Shown: positions 1-10,792 of the stretch, piece after piece | How positions within the stretch are numbered: position 1 is the first letter of the stretch | Layout: every line of letters begins with the position of its first letter | Assembly: GCA_008632985.1 (NCBI GenBank) | Contig: QPGO01000009.1 | Location: 62,001-126,000 of the forward strand | From: Psammoneis japonica | Lineage: Eukaryota | Direction: 5' to 3' | DNA length: 64,000 nucleotides | Notes under the pieces: generated by a model | What the model saw: only the letters and a program-made list of their open reading frames with translations | What the model was told of the DNA's origin: nothing | Database searches by the model: none | Made by a program: the position numbers and the translations under genes

Positions 1-29
1 TCAAAGTGGACAATATCCACGTCATTACT

Positions 30-1500
30 GCTTCACACAAGAACGACTTTGACGAAAGAAAATGAAGGGATTGGGGACATTGACCATGATGAAGCCACGG
101 CAGCTCTTTAGTTTATAATGGGCAAGGACTGTCAGAGCAATTCAAAAATTAAGCCTTTCACACATGAGGGTTGAATGTTCATGCGTTTCAGGCTGGGTCG
201 ACGACACAGAAGAGTAAGGGACTTTGCGCAACAGTATTCATACTGACGAAACCCAATTCCTAATGAAGTATCTTACAATAAATGCTCACTGCTAGATTCG
301 GGCAAGGTCTAAGACTTAAGATTCATGCTACTCACGCTCTCCGGCAATTCGTCCCCACCGCTTGGACGAAGCTTCTTGCTCGGTTTTCAACTCGGCCCAG
401 GTAGAGACTCTTTTGCTGGTGCTGCGCTTGAACACGGTACGTAGCCACGCACCTGATCTGGAGAGAGAATGTTGAGATATATGGCAAGAACGGGCCAAGG
501 ATTTGCGGAGGGTGCAAGAACATCTTCTCGTCGATGACCCCAAGATCGACAAGGACTTTCACAGAAGGCTTGAAGGCATCGGTTTTGTGATATTTGATGT
601 CACGTAAGAAATCGATTATCTCCAAAGCTTCTACTTCCGTTTTGATAACGCTCAAATCCTCCACCCTCTGAACACCCATCTCGGCCGCAGCGATGTCAAA
701 CATGCTCAGCTTCCTAGGAAGAAACGACGTGGCTAGCCACACCTTCAAACCTTGGTAAGAAAAGAGGGCCGCTTATGATCACGAAATTCTCGGGCTGATG
801 TCAAATAGGTGCGTGATTTCTTGAAGGTGGCTCCATCGTTTTCAGCGACTGCAGCTTAGAAGTTCTTCTTCAACTTCTTGGAAGTGACTAAGAGCTTCTC
901 CAGATGCTCCACATACTCCTCAAATTGGGCGTGGTAGCTGACCATAAATGTGCTAAGTGCTTCAGTATGCTTGTTCATCTGATCAATTTCAAGCCGGAAG
1001 CACCCCCTCCAGCGCTCATGGTCTCGAAGTAATCTTTCTGTTTCATGTAATTGGCGGCAACCTCGTACGAAATACTCCTTTGTCGTTCGAAAGCTGGACA
1101 CATTCCTTGACGGATGCAAGCAGTACATTCCTTGACGGATGCAAGCAGTGCGCGGGTGCGATCGTCCTTGCAAATATCTTTTTAAGACTTGACGAGTCTG
1201 AGGCAACGGGGCGGTCACGAACGGAGACGTCGGAATGGGCGAGCGCATCAATGCTTCGGTATATGAATACTCGTACTGAGACCCGTGGCGACTGCCCGGA
1301 GTGCTGAAGCTGTACTGCGATGCAAATATCTTTCGAGACGCTGGAGTGATGAAGAGATGAGAGGAAGCGAGCATTCACGAGAAACAAGTGACAGTTGTCG
1401 TTGGTGCGTGAATTGTGAGCCTGTGGGTTGGAGCAGGTCACGAGGAGAAAGTTTTTTAAGTGCGCGCGAAAACAAGATCGACTTAACCACGATCAAAATG
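30..1500 (-). pseudogene. Fragmented gene of unknown function; diverged paralog of 23965-25320 (opposite strand)
   Basis: ORFs 332-748 and 1043-1441 share peptides (EALEIIxFLRDIxYHKTDA, MFLHPPQILG, HNSRTNDNCH) with the 23944-25090 region; broken into several frames. Confidence 0.55.
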
Positions 1501-1699
1501 TGACAAAAATAGTACTTACGACGTATGGCTTCCTGTGATCCGGTGGTGTATTAATGATCGTGTCTACAGTACTTATTGAATGAAAGCGACTTCGATGGTC
1601 CAGTCATGGATGGCACGATAAATCAGAAAACAGAATCACGTCATTCCACGACACTTTTTTCGCTCGAAAGCAAGGCAGACCGGGAGCACCGATTCCAAA

Positions 1700-3091
1700 T
1701 TAAGCTTCTCCGGTCTCACTTTGGACCGTCAAACGTTCATACACATCATTCAACTCCATACTACTCAAATGCTCCTTTGCCTTTGTCAATCGTTGAGCAT
1801 AAATCGTTCCAAAGTGAAACGAGACATTGGGTACATCCTTGACCGATGAAAGAAGACTCCAGCTTTCCCTCTTTGCTTTAGCATCGGAATCAACTTGGTT
1901 CTCTTCTTCCTTCTCTAACTCTTCTTTGGCAGTCGTTACACCACCATACGACAATTCATAGACAGAAGAATCCTTCTCGTCTTCGCGAAGAAGGAGTTTG
2001 ACTCCGGTGTGTCGGTACGTTTCTTTCTCCGCAAAGTCTTGATCCTGCAGCTTGAAGGCCAAGTACGAAACGGGCGACATGAGCGCAAACAACTTCTTGG
2101 AGGAAGATTTGGGCATGATTGTAACCGGATCGCCGGCATTAGCAATACGCAAATGACGCAGAACGTGAGTCTCTTCCAAGTACCGAAACGCTTTCTGGAA
2201 TGACATGTCCCCGACACGAGGTGAAGCGACACTGACGCACGTAATGGGAGTGGGAATCGAGGTGTCGCCATTGAGTAGCTCAGCCGCAACTTCCATGGCA
2301 AATAAGGTTGCCAATGCTCCTCCTAGCGAATGTCCCGAACAATACAGCTTGTGAGTCTTGAATCTGTCGTCCTGCTGGAAGAGCTCCTTGACATGGGTAA
2401 GGATTTCGTCGTACTTGTTTTCGCTCCCTCGGAGGCGCCTCTTGAGAAGATACTCGTCAAACCCATGATGCAACCCTATCTTACTATCCTGTCCTTTGAT
2501 ATCCTTCAAAGGATTATCCCGCTTGCTAAAGGAGATGGAAGCATCACAGACAAAGTCTGCCGGCGTGACTGAACCTCGGAAACAAACTGTAATTCGTTTG
2601 CGTACTGGATCGACTCCAACCGCATACACAAGTTCCTTATCTGGATTATCATCGCCATATTTTGTAATATACGCTGGCTCAAGGTTCTTCTCCTTCCATG
2701 GGTTTGACCACTTTTGTGAAGAAGAATGACGTTGGTATCTTTCTTGGATCGCTTTCAGAGCACTCATTGCCATTTCGTGGTCTGAATCCCCCAGAGCTTT
2801 CTTAATTTCCTCCAAATTGTCATGAATCACCGCCAAGGCTGTTTCGAGCGTGAGTGGCAGCTCCAAGATCCGCTCAGGGTCCTTATTGAGTTTGGTGTCC
2901 TCTTGTTTGCACATACTTCTCAAGTCCGTAAGGGTGTAAATCAACAGAGCCGCATTAAGCATCTCGTCCGCCTCTTCGTATAAGTTTGGATAAGTGTACG
3001 AGTCCCAGTTGAAGGACGCCTTGGCCTGCCCCGATATGTTGTCTTTGGCATTGCCAACGCCGCACAGCTTCATAAAGGAGTCCAACACCAT
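1700..3091 (-). CDS. Class 3 lipase (alpha/beta hydrolase), 463 aa from the first ATG (MVLDSFMK)
   Basis: GHSLGG nucleophile elbow, ITVCFRGS, HHGF, SPRVGD and DPVTIMP motifs in one uninterrupted ORF. Confidence 0.88.
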   Translation of the reverse strand: MVLDSFMKLCGVGNAKDNISGQAKASFNWDSYTYPNLYEEADEMLNAALLIYTLTDLRSMCKQEDTKLNKDPERILELPLTLETALAVIHDNLEEIKKALGDSDHEMAMSALKAIQERYQRHSSSQKWSNPWKEKNLEPAYITKYGDDNPDKELVYAVGVDPVRKRITVCFRGSVTPADFVCDASISFSKRDNPLKDIKGQDSKIGLHHGFDEYLLKRRLRGSENKYDEILTHVKELFQQDDRFKTHKLYCSGHSLGGALATLFAMEVAAELLNGDTSIPTPITCVSVASPRVGDMSFQKAFRYLEETHVLRHLRIANAGDPVTIMPKSSSKKLFALMSPVSYLAFKLQDQDFAEKETYRHTGVKLLLREDEKDSSVYELSYGGVTTAKEELEKEEENQVDSDAKAKRESWSLLSSVKDVPNVSFHFGTIYAQRLTKAKEHLSSMELNDVYERLTVQSETGEA

Positions 3092-3389
3092 GGTGAGAAC
3101 GAGTTCTGGAACTGCGGACTGCGGCGGCTGGAAAACTGTCAAACGGCTTTCTTTTCGTGCAGACAGGCAGACATGCGAGGAATGAGGAATTACATTCTTG
3201 ATGATGATGCGACGTCGCAACGTAGGACGTGGGGCTACGTGCTGGGAAAGATTTTCCTCTCTCTAGATTTTCCCGGCGATGGCGGATGGTGGCCCACTGT
3301 GCTGCTGGCACAACGATGAAGACGCTTCCTGCTGGAAGCACCACACCGCGCTGGCACAGACAGCTGCCTCCACGACAACCCCTCGGGAG

Positions 3390-3756
3390 TGCAGTGCGCG
3401 ACTGTCACACACATGTTTGTGATCACACATTGTTTGTGTGTCAATCGCACCACAGTCGTGGATGCGCACAAAGGACAGAACGATCACACAGAGTTGATCG
3501 GATGTCGAGAATTGCAAATACGATCGATTGACGATGTTGACATCTTGCGTGTCAATGGCAATCGCATCCGGACAATCTGTTGTCACGAATGTGTTCTCCG
3601 AAAGGCCTTTTGTCTGTGGAAGCAGTGCAGAAGCTTCAGGCCATTGAGAACTAGTTCGGAGAAACCAAAAATCACAGAGCAAAATTCAATCTTATAATTT
3701 CCACTTTTCGCACACTGTTCCACTTTCGTTTGCACTCGTTCTTCGAGCATGGTGCA
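3390..3756 (+). repeat. 5' LTR of Gypsy copy 1
   Basis: Colinear 367-bp match to 7746-8112; TGCA...TGCA termini. Confidence 0.92.
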
Positions 3757-6700
3757 TTGTGTGTGCACACCACAGAAGGCAAAAAGCACGGAAAATGAAA
3801 ATTTTAACTGATGTGCCTTTGCAAATTCTTCTACAAACAGGAACGAATTGCACCAGTTCTGCTGGAATCGATTTCCGAGCGGAAGAAGCTCAAGCCGAGC
3901 AGTGCCTCAAGATGGAACGCTGTTTTTCGTCTGCCAGACAAGAGGATTCGCTCCAGTGCGGTCTGTTCCAAGCACCCAAGGATCAAGGGCTCTCAAGTGC
4001 ACCGCATCATCAAAAAATCTACACCAAGTCATGGTTGCAGAGAGTGCAAGTTCCGAGTCGATCAGGTCCGAGAAATGCGTCTGGCATGCAAGGAGAGACT
4101 GTTGGAGAGTTTTTGGAGACCGAGTCAACGAGCCTCGAGTCCAAGAGCAAGATGGAACCGTTGGAAAGCACCTCAAGAGTCTCACGTCTCATGTCTTTCC
4201 AAGAATTGCACTTCAGAATCAGAGTTGTTGTTTTCAAGACGATCTGAAGAAACCAGAGCTGCTTGACAGCAAGAAAGCCTCTGTCAGACCCAAGAGGTCA
4301 ATGATGAGAGTCTGTGCAACCCTCAGATGGATTCTAAGTCGAATCTAGCGGGAAACCGAGCGCTGATTTATCAGCTGTCACTCGCACTGCAAGGATGGCA
4401 GCATCAGTCTGCTGTCCAAAACAATCAACTGTTGCAACTCATCCTTGATGAGCTGATTAAGTTTTGAGTCATCCAAAGGTCGTTCATGACGTCCGTGACG
4501 AAAAAACACATCAACTCAGGCTCTGATGGCGCAGTTGGTTCCAAAGTGAAAAAGGTTCCAAATTTGGTTCCAAAAATGGTCTCCCACATGGCACCAGAAC
4601 AATCCAAAGTGAATGCAAGGTCTCATCTTTGAAAAAAGAATGCCTGCATCACGGATTGAAGCTGTTCTAAAAATGAACTGGCAAAAGAGTGCAAGGGTGA
4701 CTCTGAAAGAGACCCAAAAATGCGCCGTTCAAATGGCAATCGCACGCGGTCGCGTCGCGACAACGAAAATGCCGCTCGCAAAAAAAGAGATGAACGTCAT
4801 GATTGATCAGGCGGTTCAAAAAACACTCAAAGCGAGTTCCTTGAACAAAGAAAAAGAGCACAAGGGCAAAGAATCAGATTCTGATGCCCTCAGTGAAGAA
4901 AAACACCAATTTGATCGGATGATCCAGACTGAATCCGAAGAATGATTTTGGTCCATTCACGAATTGCATGCTTTGCTGGACATTGGGAAGCCTGGAAAAA
5001 AGGCAGAAACAATTCACACTGGTCCAGGAGTCATCATCAATGTGAACACTTCCTTGGGAAAGGAGAAAAAAAAAAGCATCTGCGTGTTCCTGTCGACAGC
5101 GGAACATCGTCAACCACAATTTTGCGCAAATTCGTGCGAAAGTTGAGAACACAAGAATCCGCCACCAAAAACTTGGGAAACCAAGGGTGAGCTCTTTACG
5201 ACTGACAGTGAACACCGAGTTCAGTTCTCACTGTGCAAAATTTAAGGCATGCTGACATGCAAACAGTGCACGCTGAAAACACCAAATTTTCTTCAGGTTC
5301 AAATGACACGATCATGGGACGCGACTTAATGTCCAGTCCTGCAAGTCACATTGGACTGCGCAAATGAAGAAATCTAATGGGAAGAAGCAATCACCTTATG
5401 AAGAATGTTCACACACTCTTCGATGCCGATGTTTTCAAGCTGAAAACCGATCACATTGAAAAACATGACGCCGTGAACAGAGTCAATGACGGAACCAATG
5501 GTCCTCGACTCACATTGTCACGCCATCGATCTTAATCAAGTGACAACTGCGGCGATGCATCTAACCCAAATGAACACAACCAACTCAATCTTCTTCTTAA
5601 GAGGTTGAAATCGTTTTGAAAAGTTCCTCAGACGAATGCATGGGAAGCACCAGTGGATCTCATCGTGGAAAATCTGACGCGATTCCACGACGCGTGAGAA
5701 CCTTCTCCTATCACAGTCTTTGGAGGCGTCCAATCAAAAGGAGTTTGACCTGTTATGAAAGATTGAAGTCTCAAGAATGAAACTGCTCTGAACAAGTCGC
5801 TCTGAGACTCATTGTCCAAAGAAAACAGGTCGAGTTCGACCGCACCCGACACTCAGAAGCTCAGTGTAAGGTTCACACAGGTGGTGTATCCTTTACCCAA
5901 CATTCAGGAAATGCTGTTGAAGCAAGAACGTTTCACACATGTAATCTGTTTGATTCAAACATGGAATGCCACCATGTCAAACAAAAAAAGCACACGTCGT
6001 GCTCACACGAAAATCATGCCGTGGGGAGAAAATGAGTGCTGTGGACTTCCAATGAGAATCTATAGAGCCCCAGATATTTTTATACAACACTTGAGTGAAC
6101 TCACAACAGGTTTGAAGTTGTCAGAACGACCACATGTGATCGTTTGTGCCTGACAAAAGTAACTTCAAAACATCACCTGTACAAGTAACAGCTTAACACG
6201 GCATTCAAACGACTAGAACAGTCGCTTAGAAGGTTAACAACAAAAGTCCTTCACTATTTAACTTGAAATAAACTATCAAGACTTCCATGCGTAACGACAT
6301 GCAATCGATTGCAAAGAAAATGGAGGCGATTCAAGCAATCGCAACACGAGAAAAACGTAAAGAACACTACGACATCTCGTTGTCATACGTTACTATTATC
6401 GAGACATGTAGTCTCAACGATCTCCTGTACAATACTAGCCAAATTCACCTCAATAAAGGTCAAACGGCAAAAGTACAAGTACGGAACGAAAAGTCTCCGA
6501 AAATATGGAGCGCATCAAATCAAAAACTATATTGTTATCATACACGGATTTCAATATTATACGTTACAACGGAAAAAAGAACTTCTGTCCATAGTGAAAA
6601 CACTTATAAAATTCCGAAATATACTGTTTGGCCAACAGATTTATACATATACGGATCATAAGACACAACGGACAAAGTCATACGTTGACAACTTCAGTCC

Positions 6701-7745
6701 CAAATTAGAATACAACGAGGGCAAGGCGAACATCGTCGCGATAGACGCGATCAGCCGACTTACTATAGAAAATTGAATCCTACGACAATGTCCTACCGTT
6801 AAAACGGGATAAAGACATTCCCTCCAAATTGTCGGACGCGACATATCATACGAACACTTTTCGTGGAGGCGAGCGAGATCGAAAAATGCTCATGTCACAA
6901 GGATAAAATCGCCTTTTTAAAGGACGATTTAGGAAAAAACAGTGACAGATTGGCACACATTATACGTGTCCACTTCACACTGGCAAAAGACAATCTCACA
7001 ACACCCGTACGGTTGTATTGTACAATGTACGAGGCAAGACATTAAAACACACATCATGTCGACACACCAGATGTGCCAAAGATCTAGAAAAAGAAAAGAA
7101 AAATGGACATTTGTCCACTTGGTGCACGAAACCAGTGCCTTCGGAATGACAAAATGACGCCGGCATGTCAGAAAGAAACGTCCAAATGACGATTAAAATC
7201 CAACTGACAGATGGTTGAAGTGCAAAAAAAAAATCCACAATGGAATTCACAACCATCACAGGATTGATCATCAAGACGAAATGGCCACAATGTCTTTGAC
7301 CATCGTTCGTCATCACTTGTGAAATGTGGCAGCGCAGCAGAGCAATGTGGCACACAAAGCAAGCCCGCCAAACTGCATGAAATCCACAAGCAAGCAAGTG
7401 AACGCCACAATTGAGAGTGCACATTAAGCACTGGGCACGATGCTGTGCACAATCGATGTCAGGAAAAACACTTGCTCCAGGACAATTGGTCCTTGTGTTC
7501 ACATCAACAAGAGCGTCAATGAGAATGCTCGACGCAATGCCATGTGTGTGCACATTAAGTGAGAAACAAACAATGTCACTCTCAAAAGACATTCGGAAAT
7601 TGGAAGGGCCCTGCGTTGCCCATGCAAAACAACAACAGTCATTGCCAATGGCACAATGCAGTGAAAGTGGAGACATTGTTGACACTGTCAATGTCCGTCG
7701 AATGATCCACTTGCAAATGACTCCAATGTGCAATTGGGGAGGCGA

Positions 7746-8112
7746 TGCAGTGTGCAACTGTCACACACATGTTTGTGATCACATGTTGTTCACGTGTCAA
7801 TCGCGCCACAGTCGTGGATGCGCACAAAGGACAGAACGATCACACAGAGTTGATCGGATGTCGAGAATTGCAAGTGCGATCGATTGACGATGTTGACATC
7901 TTGCGTGTCAATGGCAATCGCATCCGGACAATCTGTTGTCACGAACACATTCTCCGAAAGGCCTTTTGTCTGCAGAAGCAGCACAGAAGCTTTGGGCCAT
8001 TGAGAACTCGTTCGGAGAAACCAAAAATCACAGAGCAAAATTCAATCTTGTGATTTCCACTTTTCGCACACTGTTCTACTTTCGTTTGCACTCGTTCTTC
8101 GAGCACAGTGCA
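7746..8112 (+). repeat. 3' LTR of Gypsy copy 1
   Basis: Follows the PPT and is followed by the TSD GGAG. Confidence 0.92.
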
Positions 8113-9747
8113 GGAGGATGTGGCCAACCCCGCTGGGCTCTTGTGGCAATGAACCCAGAGAGACAGCCCTGCCACTTCCTCATGGTTCTCTTGATGTGCA
8201 ATTGGCGTGATGTCTCTCCAAGCTTTCCCCTGCATCATGTGTGATTGTGAAGGACTTGGACAGCAAACAAGATTCTCTTCATGTTGTGCAATGGACGCGA
8301 AGCTGTCAAAAGAGAGAAACCATCAAGCTTGCAGCGCCAATGCTCGTGTGCACCATGCTGACAAGACACATCTTTGTTTCTGCCCAGCCCCGCATCAACT
8401 TTGAGATGAGCACCAAATGTGGGGTTCAATGGAAAGCCTTCCATGCTGTCTCTTTCAAGCTCAGCGCACTCTTTTGACACCGCAAAAGAGCCCAGCACCA
8501 TGCTGGTGGTAAAGCGCAACTGCAGCGTCATGAGAAGGCAGTGTCAATGCTGCTGGTTTTCCAAATTTGTCAGGACATGAGTCGGAGGAGGAAGGCTTGA
8601 ACACGAGCTCAACAAGAGCTGAGTTTGCAGAGCAAAAAATGGCGGCACTCTTGATCATGCCAGACGCAGCAGCGGCCATTTCCTGCTTGCAGGTGGGAAG
8701 GCTTTCCACAATGGCTTCCTCAGTGGCTTTGTTGGTGGTGGCAGGAAAAGCACAGTTTTTCTCAATGCGGGTCTGGATGACAAAATGAGCAAGACTCTGA
8801 ATGCAACATTTGAGCCAAGGCTCTGTCGACTTGTTGAAGAAGACAGCATTGCCATTGGAGTGCGGAACAATTGAAAGAACCTCTTGAACAGATGGGGCCA
8901 GATCAAGTTGAAATGTGCCAACTTGTTCATCATCGAAAAGCTTCTTCGAAGTCGACTTCAAAGCAACGAAAGCCAAGAGTGCGGCAGTGTCAACATTGCC
9001 GATTGAAGCAACGCCACCGGCAAGGATGGCAGCAAAGAGAACAACAAAGACCATGAGGGAGATCGACATGGACGAGTTGTCTGTTTTGTGAGATGGAATG
9101 CGAAAGCGGAAAGGGCGGAGCCATGATTCGTGTGCTGGCGGCTGCGTGGTTTCTACACAGTCCCAGAGATCACAAAACCGGGACACATTTTTTTTTTCTG
9201 TTGTCAAAACCTGACCAAAACACCGTTCAGCGTTCCTCGGCGCCAACCTCAATGTCGTTTTGGAGACTCATGACGTGATCAACTGTTGCAATGCCGACAG
9301 GTGATGATTTGAACTGCTGTGCTTCCGACGTGTTGTCGTCCTGCAACTTCTGCTGCCACAACAACTCAGGCCAAACGTTCTCGGTGTCATTGCCCAACAA
9401 ATAGCTAGTAAAAGACTCTTTCAAACTTTTCATTATGTTCCTGTTTGTTTTGCTTAAAAGCACGAAAGCTAGAGCTTAAGCCAAGTTCATGCTTGACAAC
9501 ATTCGTGCGGGATAGGAGCTAGGACCGAACGGTCTACGACTCATATGATAACTCATTAAGTGGACAAATGAAAAGCTATTGGTTAGAACGTACTTCACAT
9601 ACTTCAAGCTTGATTATTATTTACAACATTGTCAAGCTATTCTTTCTCTGAATATCATGGCAAGCACACCAACACACATACACATATCCTTGGAGACAGA
9701 TAGGTCCCCAGCTGAAAGTGGCGTTGAAAGTATACGCAAGCTGGACT

Positions 9748-10085
9748 CTATCTGTCCAACTCAGCCAAGTTGAGCTTGGAAGCTCCCTTTGGAAGAAGCT
9801 CGGTGCCCTGCGGGGCAGGCTCAACATGCTCATCAAAGATCCACTCCTCGCGATCGTCCGTATCCGAACCCTGGGCCTTGAGGCGACGGCGGAGCGCTTT
9901 CTCGGCCTCCATGATCAAAAAGACGGAAACCGCCATCAAAATGGTAATACCCCACTGGGTTCCGTCCATACCTGACATGCCAAAGATGGTGTCGTTCAAA
10001 CCGGGGGTGTAGGTTGTGAAGAGCTGGAGCACAATGACAATAATGCGGAATACCACAGAGACATGTTGCCCTTGAAAATACGCGG
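9748..10085 (-). pseudogene. C-terminal fragment of a P-type cation-transporting ATPase
   Basis: IVLQLFTTYTPGLNDTIFGMSGMDGTQWGITILMAVSVFLIMEAEKALRR resembles the last transmembrane helices of P2-type ATPases; no upstream ATPase domains present. Confidence 0.6.
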
Positions 10086-10646
10086 TAATTCCGTTTCCAG
10101 TGAATACGCTTGTAGCTGTGGTTGTTCTTGATAGTACTGAAAGAGTTCCGCAATTCCGCAGCATGCTCGGGTGTGTTGTATTCCGCCTCGAGTAAGGCAT
10201 TCATCGACGACAGCACATACGGAAGGGATTGTACGTATCCGGTCAATTGTCTTGCCAAGTCGTCTGGAGTATTTTTAATCTCGTTTTTCATTGGTGACTG
10301 TTTCGGTGTATTCAACAGGTCGTCGTCATGAAAGGACCAATTGTCATTATCGTTGTTATGTTGTGTAGGGCCCTAGTCGCAGTATCGTTTTGTTTCTCAG
10401 AAGGTGTTGTAGGTTGATAACTGCTGCTTCTGCTTTGATTGTTATTCTCGGTCAAGAGACTGTCGTCATCAAACGACCATGCATCGTCGTCGTCGTCGTC
10501 GCCATTGTTGTCGTTATTGGTGGAAAGCAAGTCATCTACGTCATCGTCCCATCCGTCTTGGACGAGATCGTCTGTGGACGACGCCATGGTGTTTTTTGTG
10601 TTGTGTGTCGCCATCCCCTCTGCAGCTCTCCACTCTCCAAGGCACA

Positions 10647-10792
10647 TAAATTTTGATAGTGCAGTGTAGATCCCTACGGGCTTTCAACGGAGGTACTTAA
10701 ATTTTGATAGTGCGCTGTAGGTCCCTACGGGCTTTCTACAAAGGTACTTAAATTTTGATAGTGCCATGTAGCTCCCTACGGGCTTTCTACGA
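10647..10792. repeat. Three tandem copies of a 51-bp unit
   Basis: TAAATTTTGATAGTGC..TGTAG.TCCCTACGGGCTTTC starts at 10647, 10698 and 10749. Confidence 0.9.

Larger units (their letters stand above)
3390..8112 (+). mobile_element. Full-length but degenerate Ty3/Gypsy LTR retrotransposon (copy 1), same family as the element at 59895-64000
   Basis: 367-bp direct LTRs at 3390-3756 and 7746-8112; 4-bp target-site duplication GGAG (3386-3389 and 8113-8116); polypurine tract GGGGAGGCGA before the 3' LTR; frameshifted gag, RT (YPLPNIQEML), RNase H (YTDHK, KANIVA) and integrase remnants. Confidence 0.92.

Noticed and set aside
3757..3785. tRNA primer-binding site or self-priming signal after the 5' LTR (also 60274-60300)
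   Set aside because: No TGG start once the LTR end is fixed by the TSD, and the sequence is too mutated to infer the priming mode.
3390..8112. CpG methylation decay as the cause of the CA/TG differences
   Set aside because: CG->TG/CA gives the same reciprocal pairs, but it would require Arg (CGY) ancestors at conserved Tyr sites. Surviving copies show TA, and CpG remains common in the Gypsy elements.
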